The translations under genes were made by a program, and so were the position numbers. 64,000 nt of DNA. Origin: Camelus ferus. Taxonomy: Eukaryota. The notes below the pieces were generated by a model, which was not told where the DNA came from, searched no databases, and was given only the letters and a program-made list of their open reading frames with translations. The stretch is taken from contig NC_045696.1 in assembly GCF_009834535.1 (NCBI RefSeq), positions 35,776,001 through 35,840,000 on the forward strand, given 5' to 3'. Positions 51,337 to 64,000 of the stretch are shown here, piece after piece; the stretch's first letter is position 1; each line of letters begins with the position of its first letter.

Positions 51337-53729
51337 CTAGTATTAAAGTCCATACTTCTGGTGAAAAAGTATTTTTATAAAGAAAGATAATCTTCCTTTT
51401 TCATATATTATAGGCAAAGTTTTTCAAACTTGATGCAAATGGATAAAGTAACAGCTGCACAAAATATTTTGAAATATGATTTTATTGATTTTATTTTGCT
51501 TACACCATTTGTTTATACTTAGTCCTTCATTCAATGGCTAACATTTAGTCATGATTTTCTCAGTTGCAGATACTGTACAATGAACTAAATATTAAAAATT
51601 AAAGAAAACACGGGGTTATCAAGGATTTGTGATTTGGAGCAATGAATAAATATTGAATAATTTTAATAATTAGATTTAATTGAGGATGATGTAGTAATTT
51701 CTGCAATTCTTAGACAACTCAAAGGCCTGCAGGATTAGTGTAACAGTGGAGTCTGATTGGAGTGAGAATAAAGAGATACACTGTTTATTAAATATTTATC
51801 AGCATATTGGAGTTTGAAGGTACCTCCAAAGTTAAGTGATGAAATGCCCTCATTATATCTTTAAGAAAACCGACACTCAAATCTCACAATTAGTGTGTCA
51901 CAGAAGCAGGGCTAATACATCTAAGTCCTAGGCAAAATAAGAAATGTTTCCTCTGAGCAGAATGTAGTATTTGAGACACCATTCCTTATTTGCTTAACAC
52001 TATACAAATCTTTAGGTTCTGCACAGCAATAGGTACCCAAATTAGGAGCTGTCTAATGCCAGTATTTCTCCTATACTTCAGCAAGCCCATGGAACTTAGA
52101 TAAATGATCACACAACATCTACTGCAGTGCTTAACAGGTAGCTGTTTCTCATTATTTGCTGAACTTCCTCCTCTGTGCTATGTTTTTGCTTCATTAATAC
52201 TTTATTTCACTCATCACAACTTACAGATTCCCAGTGGATATTGATTTCCTTGAAGTCAAAGACTTCATCTTATACAGATTTGCATTCTTAGCATTTGAAC
52301 AGAATTTGGCTTTGGGCAAGTCCTCAAAATAGGCATATTAACAGAACTTACTGTGCTAAGAAGAGGCATAGAGAGTAATATGAATTACTAATTATTGAAT
52401 TGTGCCTTGTTGAGTTAAGATTCTTTTATTTCAATATGCTTGCCAATAGCCTGAAATACCTATAGTATGTCAGGAAATGGCCAAGCCGCCATTCTGGCAC
52501 CACATCTTAACTGAAGTATCTCCACAAAGGTTGGGAGGAGTTAGATGATCAATAATTCTCCAATGCTTACAAAGAAAGCAGTCTTGTGAAAGACAGGACT
52601 AAAAGAATATGAGTCGCAAATGACCAGGATTAGAGTTGAATAATCTTTTTTATAAAGCATTTATTACTTTACTATATTATTTTCATTTTCATCAGGATAA
52701 TAATTATCTCCTTATGCATTTCTTCTGTAACTGCTGATAAGAACAAGTTTTAATCTGGTTCCTTGATTAACCCTGATAAAGACATGTTTTTCAGGGGATG
52801 TGACTGCTGAAGGCTGCTTCTATTCCAAGATGAATAGAAGCAAGAGGGTAGGGAGGAGGAAAGGAATGCAAACTGGAAACGAATGCATGGACAATTTTTC
52901 CTCTTTCAATGTGCGTGTATCTGAGGAGGAGCTATAATATTTGAAATGTCGAAATGAATGCCTGCAAATAAACCATAAATGCTGGCAATAAAAGGATGTG
53001 AGTACAATTCTGAAAGAACGTAGTTTTACTGTTCAAAACATTGAACATTCTTTAGCTGAACTGGGAGAGAGAGTGGACAGGTCCACACAGACTCAGAATA
53101 GTTTTTCTGTCATGAAACAGAGGAATAACAAGAGCTTCTGGGGGGCTGAAGTGATGGCATTCTGGTCTTCCGCTAGCCACAAAAAATTTACAGTAGAAAC
53201 AAAAAGACATGACCTTTTCAAATATATGAAATCTTTGAAAAGAAAGATGATCATTAAAACAAATAGGAAATACATGAATAGACGTGTCCTGAAATTCATA
53301 CATTTGTATGGAATACTAATACTTCCTTAAAACTAAGCGTTGTTGTCCATGGGTATCATCTCTTGAGGAATAATCACCTAGAACTGAATTTACATTATTG
53401 TGAATCAACCTAGTTCTTGATAATCAGAATTTTCTTGTTCTGGGTGGCTATTACTAAAGCTTAAAAATCAATCTGTAATTTTATGCATCAAAGTGATAAT
53501 TTGTCTAGTTTTGGAGATAACTAAAACTAAAACAAACAATTATATACTTCTCAGTCTGGGTTGTATATCTCTGGGGAGTAGTCAGAGATACATGACGGAG
53601 AAAAGAAATTATAAACTACTGGATGTCAAAGGGTCTAAATTATTAGATGGTGAATAAGACAAAACACTTCTCACACATGTTATTAAAAAAATAAGCATAC
53701 ACCAGTGTTGAAAGACTTTTACAGGGAAA

Positions 53730-55620
53730 ACCTTTCTTTTACATACATTCTACCAACCTCTGCCTTTTAATGTGGGTGTCACTGTAACTCTTGATGTTTG
53801 GATCTAAGGTGACTGTTCTACTACTTGTTATCTGCTACCTTTACTGTTCTCTTCCTCACTTTCTCCTTTCCTGCTTTCATTTGAATTATTTTAATAGTTT
53901 TTAGAGTTGTGTTTTAGTTTATCAAATGGCTTTTTTAGCTAAACCTTTCTGCATTACTATCTAGCGTTCCTTTAACTTTACAGTGTGCATTCTTAACATT
54001 TCACTGGTTTACCTCCATATAATGTTTTAACACTTGTAATTATATAGGTCTGTTACCCATCCCCTTTCTCTTTCTGGTAGAGTTTCCATATGAATTATAT
54101 CACATATTTTCTAAAGATAATGTTACAGTGTTTAATTCATCCAATTCATTTAAAATAAATTACCATGTCCAATGCTTTTCATTTATCCCTGAAAAATACA
54201 AGGGCCCACCCTTATAATCTGACGAAACTCCTTTAGCATTTTTTGTAGTATAGGTCTGTTAGGATTAAATATTGAATTCTAGTGAATTCTCTTCATTTTT
54301 TTTTCCAGTCTAAAAATATATTTAGTTCGCCTTTATTCTGGAATGTTATTTTCCTGGATGTCATATCCAGGTTAACAGATTTTGTTTCTTTAACTCTGTA
54401 AAGATATTATTTCATTGTCTTCTTGCCTCTATTATTTTTGGTGAGGTCAATGATCATTTGGATTTTTGCATAGCTATATATAACATCTTTTTTATGGTTG
54501 CTTTATAAATATTCTTATGTTTCATTTTGTCAGTTTGATTATTCTTATGCATAATTGTTATCCTACTTGGGTTTCATTGAACTTTTTGCATTTGTAAATG
54601 TAGTACTTTACCACATTTAAGATCTATTCAGCCATTATTTCTTTAAACATTTAAATTTTATTACCAATTATCTCTTTCCTCTTATTTGATAGGACTTTCA
54701 ATATTGTCTCACAGGTCTTAAGGCTCTATCAATTTTTTAATCTTTTTCTTTCCATGTTTTTATGTTGATTAAATCCCATTGTCTTATATTTAAGTTTCCT
54801 AACTCTTTTCTTTGCTATTCTATTTGTCTATTAAGTGCACTCAGTGAATTATTTTTCATATATTGTACTTTTCAGTTCTAGAATTTTTTATTTTTTAATT
54901 GTTTGTTTGCTGAGATTTTCCACGTTTTCATTATTATAAGCTTATGTTTTTCATGCCCTTTATTGGCTAATTCTAATTGTTGATTCATTATCAAGATACA
55001 TTTATATTTATTACATTTTCTTTGAGAATGGGTCACTTTTTTATTTCTTCATATGTCAAATAATTTGGGATTGCATCATGCACACTGTTGTGGATTCCAC
55101 TGTACTTTCCCCAGGTGGATTGTTTTATGAGACATTTAAGTTAGCTGGAATCAAGTTTACAATTCCATCTCTTGGGCACATATCAAAACCTCAATTCAGT
55201 CTTTTTAGCTTTGCCTGAGCTGTTTAGAGTTTGTTCTGTGAATGTGTAGGTCAGGGGACAAATCAGAATTGTTCACAGAGTTTATAGGAGAATGAAGACT
55301 CTCGGTCTCTGTTCTCTTATCTCTGGGATTGTCTCTCATTTGCCAGTGGTTGTGTTTACTTCAAACTAAAGCATTTGAGTTTTGACACTGATGAGCCTCT
55401 CCTTAGCAAAAGTTGTTAAATAAATACATAGGCACACACATACATACATAAAGAATAAAGCCACCTACTGAATTCCCTATTCTAAACTATCTATTTCCTT
55501 TGCTGTCAGCTTATGGTTGCTCTTCACTGTTTTTGATTATTTTTTAAATGGTTTATACTTGTCACCTGGAGAAGGATCAGTTAGATATGAGATTTCCTAA
55601 AGACCATTGCCTAAAACAGA
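53730..55620 (-). mobile_element. Degraded L1ME-type ORF1/5' region, reverse
   Basis: 'aactcctttagcattttttgtagtataggtctg', 'gatattatttcattgtcttcttgcct', 'ttcagccattatttcttt', 'attgtacttttcagttctagaattt'. Confidence 0.75.
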
Positions 55621-57764
55621 ACCTAGAGATAAATCATTTTAATATTAAAATGAATGGGAATATATGCAAGAAAAAGTGAGCTTAAGGTCTTATGGTAAAG
55701 CTGGATTGTAGAGTTGGCTAGCTATTGGACCAGATATACATAGCTCCAACCCGCCTGACTAGATTTTGATGTTGATCTAGATGAGCCTGTCTCTGCATAA
55801 TGCACTCATAATGCAATTGGATTTTTATGTAAACCTCAAAACCTTATAGAAACTTGTTCTGCAAATTTTCAAGAATATACACTATCTGTTTAAGAGAAAA
55901 AAATTAAACCGTGGAAAGGACTAAAAGTTTTTGAAAAAGAAACTTTGCATCTGGACAGTAAGACAGGATTTGCCATTCCATGTTTCTTTTCTTTTGTTGA
56001 TTTTCTGAAGGTTTTCTTTTTTGACTTCTGGTGGTTTTAGTAAGTCTTCTTGAAATTTTGCATGTGATTCTAGGTCAAGATCCCATCATATGCCTTAGGT
56101 AGATTTTTCAAGGGAGTTTCATTCCCAGAAAGGGAGGTCTTTAGAGTGATGAGATCAGAGAATGAGGGAAGCTTTCATTTCTTTGTGTTACTTATTTGAA
56201 AAGGAGAAGGTGCAGACAGCTTTTAATCAATCATGCAATTTTGTGTGTTCTCACTCAGAATAAGTTACAATTTCTATATCCCTTTGAGAAGACAATGTTG
56301 GACCTTGGATTAGCAAAGCCAACAGAACTATATACTGTATGTTTTTTTGAATTCCCGCTGAGGGTTTTGCCTATAAAATCTTTCTGACCTGAAGGTTACA
56401 CCTGCTATGCTAATCATTTACTCTTTGCTCTGTAAATTCTACTGGAAGGAATTTTTTTTTCTTTTTAAATTTACTTGGATGGTTACCTTCGTTAAGGGCT
56501 ATAATTAACTCAGGTAAAAATACTAAGTGATTTTAGTAATTAAGTAAAATTGAAATGAAAATCAATATAGTATTTTTTAATTCACTTTATTTAGCACCAT
56601 CTTGAGTGAATTCATCATGGACCAGGCATCACTATTCTGTGACTACACTGATGAATAGGAGTTGTCCTTATCTTGAGGAACTTGTGTATATTATGTGGCC
56701 ATGTTTATATTCTATCTACTCTTCTGTTAATTTTCTTCATCAACTTTGACTTGACCTCAAATATTCTTTTAGTATAAATATATCTATACTTTTTCTTTAG
56801 TACTCAACAGGTTCTTTTGGAATAATTTGTCCATTGGAATTCCCCACACAAGATTTGTAAAAACTTTGATGATAATAACCATTTCAAAAGGACAAACTTT
56901 TCATCTTTCTTAAACCGAATAAAATTTCTGAAAATAAGTAAAAAATGCAAAATAAACTGCTTTCCAGTTCTCATTTCCTTAATTTGAACAGTGTCTTTCT
57001 CTTAAAGTAGGAAAGAAGTGAATTTAGAATGAGCATCATTCAAAATGTATTTGAGAGTTAAAGCCAACACTTCAGTTTCCTAAATTGGGTAGTTATGTTA
57101 GAGCAATTCCTCATTTATCTGGCACTCTGCTGGGAATGAGTCTTGCAGATATTTTGATTCTTATTTCTTCACAAGGCCAAGCAATGTATTTGTAATCATT
57201 ATTGACAAATACAGATTAATGACTTTTAAACAGTCTTTTAAATTCAGTTTCTCTCTTATGAGCATTCATTATAGTACTGTTCTGCCTGCTGTCTCACTTT
57301 CCATAGCCATGCTGTCTTATGTCAATTACCACTTCAACGGCCGTGTGGGTTTCTAGCAGAATTTTCCAGCTTCTGTTCTTGGAAGGGATAGAAAAGTAGA
57401 CAATGAATTGTACAGAGTCAAGAGTAACTGTGGAAGATTGGAGAAAAAAAAAAACAAAACACCAAGATCCCTAGATTCCTCCCAACGAAGGAAAGCATGA
57501 CTTAAGGTGGAGGAGAACAATCATTTACTAAAGCTGCTGATGAGACTTAAGGGTCCTTTTTCATAGTATGTTTGTTTTGATTCTAAAGGTTCTCATTTTA
57601 TAACATTTACATAATACTTTCATAGGCAGAACAAACTTTAAAAAAAAATTATTATCAGGTTGAGTTAATGTTTTAGAATACTTGCTTCTAGTATAGCCTA
57701 AAGAAATTTGTATCATATTATATTCACTACACATTAGTGTAAAACATTAAAGTTCTTTTCCTTT

Positions 57765-60480
57765 TACAGATTTAAGGATGTGTAATTTACACATAATAAA
57801 CTGCAAATATTTAAAGTGTATACTTTGATGAGTTTTGATACATCATATAACTGCAAAACCATGAATACAGTGAAGATATGACATACCTGTCATCACCAAG
57901 TTTTTCTCATGCTCCTTTGTCCTCTTGCGTCCCAGTCCAAATGTCATGACCCCAGCATTCTCAAATTACTGATAGGCTTTCTGCGACTGTAAGTAATTTG
58001 CTTTTCTCATAATTTTTGTATAAGTGGAATCATATACTATAAACCCATTACTGTGTGGCCTTAAAATTTTTGACATTTTAACAGGTATGTAATATAGTAT
58101 TTCATAATAGCTTTCCTTTCCCTGACAATTAATAATGTTGAACATCTTTCTTTTCATGTTCATTTGCCATCCATTTATCTCTTTTGGAAGTGTTCATTCA
58201 AGTGTTCTCTGTATTTTTATTACATTTTCTTATTACTGAATTTGGTTAGTTAATAATATATTCTGAATACAAATTCATTATCAGATATATAATGAAAATA
58301 TCTTCTACCATAGTATGTCTTGCCTTATTATTTTAACCATGTCTTTGGAAGAGCAGAAATTCTTAATTTTGATGAAGTCCAATTTATAAATTTTTTTGAA
58401 ATTTATTGTTGAACATGACTATCCTTTATCCATTGATTTGCCTTTATACTTTTGTTGAAATCAACTGACCATATCTGTGAGTCTACTTATGAACGCTTCA
58501 TTCTCTTTCATTAACTTATATGTCTATCTAGAAACCAAAACCATGATGCCTTGATTATTGTAGCTTTGTATTAAGTCTAGAACTTGAGTAGTGTAAATCT
58601 TCCAAATTTGTTTTTCTTTTTCGATATTATTTGGCTCTTCTAGCTCTCTTGACTTTACATATGAATTTTGGAATCAGCTTGTCAATCTCAAAATAAGTCT
58701 GTTAGGATTTTCACTGAGATTGCATTGAATCTATATATCTATATGGAGAAAACTGACATCTAATAATAGTTATCCAATACATGGACAATGTATATATCTC
58801 CATTCCTTTAAATCATATGTTTTATTTTAAAATTTGTTCTAAAAATTTAAAGGTTACTTTCCATTTACAGTTATTACAAAATATTGGCTATATTCCCCAT
58901 GCTTTACAATACATCCTTGATCTTATCTTACACCTGATAGCTTGTACTTCCCACACTATTAAGTCATATATAATATAATTTATATCAGCAATGTTTTGCC
59001 ATTTTCAAAGTAAAGGTCTTGCACATTTTTCATCAAATTTATTGCTAAGTATTTAATATTTTCTTGCTAGTGTAAATGGTAATGTATTTGTAATTTTTAT
59101 TTCTAATTGTTGTTACCACACAAAAATTACAACTGATTTTTTAATTGTGTCCTGCAAACTTTTCTAAATTCACTTAGTAATTCTAGTAGTTTTTTGCCAT
59201 ACAATTATGAGTGAAGACAGTTTTATTTCTTTTTTTCCTATCTCGATATCTTTTCTTTTTCTTTCCTCACTCAGCTGACTAAAAACTCCAGAGTAGTTTC
59301 GAATAGAAGTAATGAGAATAGACATCTTTCTTTTTTTTTTCTATGTCCTGGGGAAAATATTCAGTCTTCAGCTGATAGGTATAAAGTTAACTGCAGATTT
59401 TTCACAGGTTCCTTATCAAATCGAGGAATTTCCCTTCTCCTGATTTGCTGAGAGTTTTAATCAGTAATGGATTTTGGATTTCTCGGATGCTTCTTCTATA
59501 ACTGTGGAGATGATCATATGATTTACATTACAAAGTCTGTCAATGTCACGAATTACATTGACTCTCAGATAAACGCACAGTCGGGATGAACTCTAAATGA
59601 TAATGAATCATGATCATTATATAATGTCCCATTTGATTTGCTTTTTTTTTTAAGAATATTTGCCTCTATGAGAAATATTTTTCTGCAGTTCTCTTCCCTT
59701 GTAATGTGTTTGGCTGGTTTTGTTATTGAGTATGCTGGTCTCAGAGAATGAACTGGGAGGAATTCCTTCCTTTTATATTGTCTAAAAGAGTTGATGTATA
59801 AAACATTCATTCAGTGTTTCATAGAATATGTCAGTAAAATCATTTTGTCAATTATTAGAGGTCATGTTGGTTGATAGTGGTTTTTCCAGTCTTTTAAACT
59901 CTTTTAAACTGATTTTGTGTACTTATTCTAACAATTATTGTGAAAAGAGTGTTGAAAGGTGTATTACGTTGTGAGAAGGTGTTGAAATCTTGTGTATTTA
60001 TGTGTTTTTCTTTACAGTTCTATCAGTTTCTATTTTATGTATTTTATGTATTTTAAATAATTATTCTGGATTATCAGATAATTTTATCTTTATGAAATGC
60101 TGTTCTTTATCTCTAATAATTTCATTGATCAGAAATCTGTCTTGTCTGATAATTAATATAGTCACTTCTACCTTCTTTGGATTATGTATATAAAATCTTC
60201 CATACTTTTACTTTTAACCTACTGTACCTTTATTTCTGAAGTAGGTGTTCTTGTAGATAACATATACTTGGATGTTGCTTTTTCAGTTTTCTCTCTTTTA
60301 ATTGAGGTATTTAGACATTTGTTTTTAATGTGATTACTGAAAAGAATGGACTTACTTCCACTGTTTTTTTTGTTTGTTTTTAGTTTGTCCCACCTATTCT
60401 TTGTTACTTTTCCTCTTTTTCTGCATTCTTTAGGATGGAGAACTTTTATAATTCATCTTATCTCCTTTGTTTTCTTATTA
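57765..60480 (-). mobile_element. Old L1 (L1MB/MC-type) 3' end through ORF2, reverse
   Basis: 'taatttacacataataaactgcaaatatttaaagtgtatactttgatgagttttga', 'gaagagcagaaattcttaattttgatgaagtccaattt', 'gagattgcattgaatctata', 'ctcagagaatgaactgggag'. Confidence 0.85.
58825..58955 (-). mobile_element. Short younger L1 3' end nested in the older L1
   Basis: 'ccatttacagttattacaaaatattggctatattccccatgctttacaatacatccttg'. Imperfect flanking repeat ttaaatcatatgt / ttaagtcatatat. Confidence 0.7.
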
Positions 60481-62685
60481 TTTCTTTGATTCAATGAAAA
60501 GAAAGTAGTTTTTTTGCATGCCTCAGTTTATAGATTAAGATTCGCAATGGCTATAAACCCTTAAAAAATTCTCATATGTAGATTAATGAGTGTATTGAAT
60601 GCCAATTCTATCTCAAACATTAACAAGACTCTCTGTGAGTAAAACAAAGACATACAGTCTTCCTCAGTCTCCCAAGAGCATACAACATAGTTGGAGAGAG
60701 AAGACACAAATAGCTAGGACAAACATAGATACCCTTACAAGTGATAATCATCAGCATCTGACAACAATTTAAGAGCTTCCACCTACACTTATTTGGCGAA
60801 TGAGTGCCCTGGTCAATAAGCCGTATGAGTTCAGTGGCTGTAACATTAAAGGAAAATGGGAGGGAAAAAAATAGTAATTTAATGCTTTTTGTTCCAGTAA
60901 GGGTGATTTTGCAGGTTGTCTTGTTCTAAGGAGAGGAACAGTTTGTTCCTTCCGCTCACCGCTTCCCTGGGAGCCCCTGCTTTGCCAGCCTGTGGTCTCA
61001 AGGCTGCCTCCTCCTGAGATGGGGGTCAGGCCGACTGGAGCAGCCTGTGGAAATCAAGCAAGCTGAAAATGATCTTAAAGACGTTTTCTGCTTGTCCTTT
61101 TTGCCTGTCTTCCCAAATACACAGCATTTGCCCAGGTCAATGTCAGAGGAGTTTATGTTTCTTCTAAGCAAAAAGACTCAGCAGGGGATTAGGATAACTC
61201 AGAGTGGCTTTGTGTGTCAAAGACGTAGGCTTCTTCTTCCATGTCAGTATCCAGCACAAGGTTGTTTGAAAGCCTTGCTTAAAAGATCTCAAGTTATGGC
61301 CAGTTTGGAGCTCTGAACTCCGATGTAGGGGAGGTGAAGAGATCAGACAAAGTTCCTTAGCGACTCAGGCCAAGAAGCTGGGTGGATGGGGAAGGGGTTT
61401 GAGAGTCCTGTTAGTGCTGACTCTGTCCCAGGGAGTTCTTGGATGAGACAAACTTCCTTTTAGAGCTTGATTTTACTGTGTGTGCTTAACAGATGTTTAA
61501 GATCTGAGCTGAAAAATCCAAATTGTTGGTGAGCTCACCAGCGAAGATAAACTAGGGTTTATTCTCTAGTGGCTTCTGGACTAGGAGTGAATAGACCTGG
61601 GTTCTGGTCCAGGCTTTGCCTCTAAAGAGCTGGCTTCTTTTGGACAAAATCTTAGAATTGTAGAGCCTTTCTGCTGGAATGAAATTAGGGATCATCTAGT
61701 CTAACCTTCTTTTGTATCAATGTATAAAAGCCATTTTATCTACAATATCACTGATTGATGAGTATCTAGTCTTTCTATTTTCTGGGCTTCAGTGTGTCCA
61801 TCTATACAATGAAGGGAGTTGATCTTCAGTTTGAATCAGGGCCCAGGGTGGGAGTGGAAGGGTTGAGAAAGTAGAAGCCATGACTCTGAAGTTTAAATGT
61901 AATGAACCCTTAGGGAATTAACTCTATATATTCTTTCCCTCTTCTGGTCAATAGTGAATAAAAGTTATAATTTTTATTTTAATAATATGTATAACTGAAA
62001 CATATAATTATTTTATTTTAACTATTAGTGGTTGCTTTAGGGTATATAGTTATTTATTCATTTTAGTACTTTAACAAATATTTTTCTACCGCCTCCTGTC
62101 CTGAATTTTTTTCTTGCATTGTTTGCTGTCATTCTTTTTATTTTTTCTCTTACATAATGGTTCCCCAAGACTCCAGCTAACTTTAAAGCAGTATGAGTGT
62201 GGTAGGCTTTGGTGTATTTTTCTCCACGTGTCTTGTTCTTAGACTTCACAGAACTTCTTAGCTAGCCTCTCTTCTTCTTCAGAAACTCAGCTACACTTCC
62301 GGCAGGCTGCCTGAAGTCATCCCATGGCTCACTGAGGCGATTTTCTTTTTTTTTCCCCAATCTGTTTTGTCTCTGTATTTCATTTTGGGTAAGTTCTATT
62401 TCCATGCTTCAAGTTCACTGATTATTTTTTTCTGAAATGTCTAATAAATTGTATTAACTGCATTTTTTTTATTTCAGACATTATAGTTTTCTTCCTTAGA
62501 ATTTTGATTTGGTCTGTTTTACACCTTCTGTTTTACTGTTTACCATTCTCAACCTTCCATTTACCTTCTTGAATATACTGAATATAGTTATATTAAATGT
62601 TTTAACGTTCCTACCAATTAATGCTATTGTTTCATCCCTCATTATGGGTTGTATTTTTCTGCTTATTTTCATGCCTGGTAATTCT

Positions 62686-62745
62686 TTTAAATTGAACTAT
62701 AGTTGATTTACAATTGTTAGTTTCTAGTGTACAGCATAGTGATTC

Positions 62746-62805
<60 letters not shown>

Positions 62806-62938
62806 TTCTTCCTTATAGGTTATTACAAGTTATTGAATATAGCTCCCTGTGCTCTATAGTAGGACCTTGTTGTTTATCTATTTTCTATATAGTAGTTTGT
62901 ATCTGCTAATCTCAAACTTTCAATTCATCCCTCTCCGC
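62686..62938 (-). mobile_element. Artiodactyl/camelid L1 3' end with expanded (TA)n
   Basis: 'attgaactatagttgatttacaattgttagtttctagtgtacagcatagtgattc...gaatatagctccctgtgctctatagtaggaccttgttgtttatcta'. Confidence 0.9.
62749..62802 (+). repeat. (TA)n microsatellite
   Basis: Direct reading. Confidence 0.95.
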
Positions 62939-64000
62939 CTTGAATTTCTGACTGTGACTTTACCTAAAGTATATATGTTTATAAACAAGTATTTCCTGTA
63001 AACATTCTTTAGATTTTTTCTGAGATAAAGTTAAGTTTCTTGAAAACAATTTGATCTTTTTGAGCCTTTTATTTTTCAAGTTTTTATTGCGTAGGATCAG
63101 AGCAGTCATTAGTCTAAGACTAATTTTGTCTTGCTACTAAGGCAATATCTTTTTGAGTACTCCACCTGGTGTCTTATGAATCATAAGGCTTTTCTACTCT
63201 GACTGACTTAAGACAAGCGATTTTCAGTCCTGTCTGAGTTTCAACAGTCATTCTTCCCAGTTCTTTCACATGATTCTTTCCTCAGACTCACGTATTTTCC
63301 TCACATACACGTGCCCATCAGGATTCAGCGGAAGTCTCTGAAGATATCTGGGCTCTGTCTTTTTGCAGCTCCCCCCCTTTTGTATGCTGCCTGGGGAACT
63401 GTGGCCACCTCAGTCTCCTCGGACTCTCAACTCCATCTTGCCAGCTGGGGAAGGTTGCCGGGCTCTGCCTGGGTTCCTCTTCCTTGCCTGCAACCTGAAG
63501 TCTTTCCAGGTAGTAGGCGGGGATAACTGTAGGGCTCCTCTATATTGCTTTTTATCTTTCAGGAATTACTGTTCTTTGTTACCTGACATTCATTATCTAA
63601 AAACTGGTTTTCTTCACAAACGGTGTTTAGCTCTAAGTCGTTTCCTGGAAGAGGATAGATCCTGTCCTTGTTGTTCCATCTTGGCCAGAAGTGCAAGGCT
63701 TTCACTAAGTCATTTGAAGGATTACTTTTAAAGGTTTAACGCATTTAAGATAAATAAACCTTTCAGATGTGGCTGATTTAATTATTCCTCATTTTTGTAC
63801 TTTCAATCTTCTAATGATTCTTTTTTGGCTCTATAACATTATAACCAATATTACTGTAGATAAATTTTTTTTTCTTATTCTGCCAGTTAATTATTAAAAG
63901 TAAGTATTACTGATCAAAATATATAAACATTTTAAGTCACTTGATGGCTTTTACTTCTATTTTGAATAATGTTTTAAAATACTGACTTTCTGAATAGCAA

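Larger units (their letters stand above)
62020..63710 (-). mobile_element. L1M-type ORF1 and 5' UTR, reverse
   Basis: 'ttcaagttcactgatt', 'ttcagacattatagttttc', 'cctgggttcctcttccttgcctgcaacctg', 'gttccatcttggccagaagtg' (L1MC/MD 5' terminus). Confidence 0.75.

Noticed and set aside
52998..53330. 110-aa ORF with overlapping antisense ORFs
   Set aside because: Non-ATG start, no recognisable homology, and no convincing splice context.
1..64000. Prokaryotic systems (CRISPR arrays, operons, defence islands)
   Set aside because: The sequence is mammalian and repeat-rich, with no regularly spaced direct repeats or long ORFs.

Overview
This is AT-rich mammalian genomic DNA, most likely camelid: a Vic-1-like tRNA-derived SINE sits at ~51.2 kb and several artiodactyl-type L1 3' ends are present. 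No intact protein-coding gene is supported. The window is intergenic or intronic and dominated by fossil retroelements (L1, L2, MIR, ERVL/MaLR LTRs, a degraded ERVL internal region, one younger ERV2-like solo LTR) plus MER5 DNA-transposon relics. The most notable item is a degraded minus-strand segment at ~14.8-16.15 kb. Its translation shows several collinear, correctly spaced motif matches to the C-terminal part of the bornavirus L polymerase, making it a candidate endogenous bornavirus-like L element (EBLL). It is split by an MLT1A-type LTR with a perfect 5-bp target-site duplication (TSD) and abuts a co-oriented L1MB 3' end. Other oddities are an L1 fragment with a ~49-bp TSD, a locally templated inverted duplication inside an old L1, and a tailless U2 snRNA 5' retrocopy. 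Repeat subfamily names and the viral alignment come from recalled consensus sequences and need confirmation by RepeatMasker and tBLASTn.
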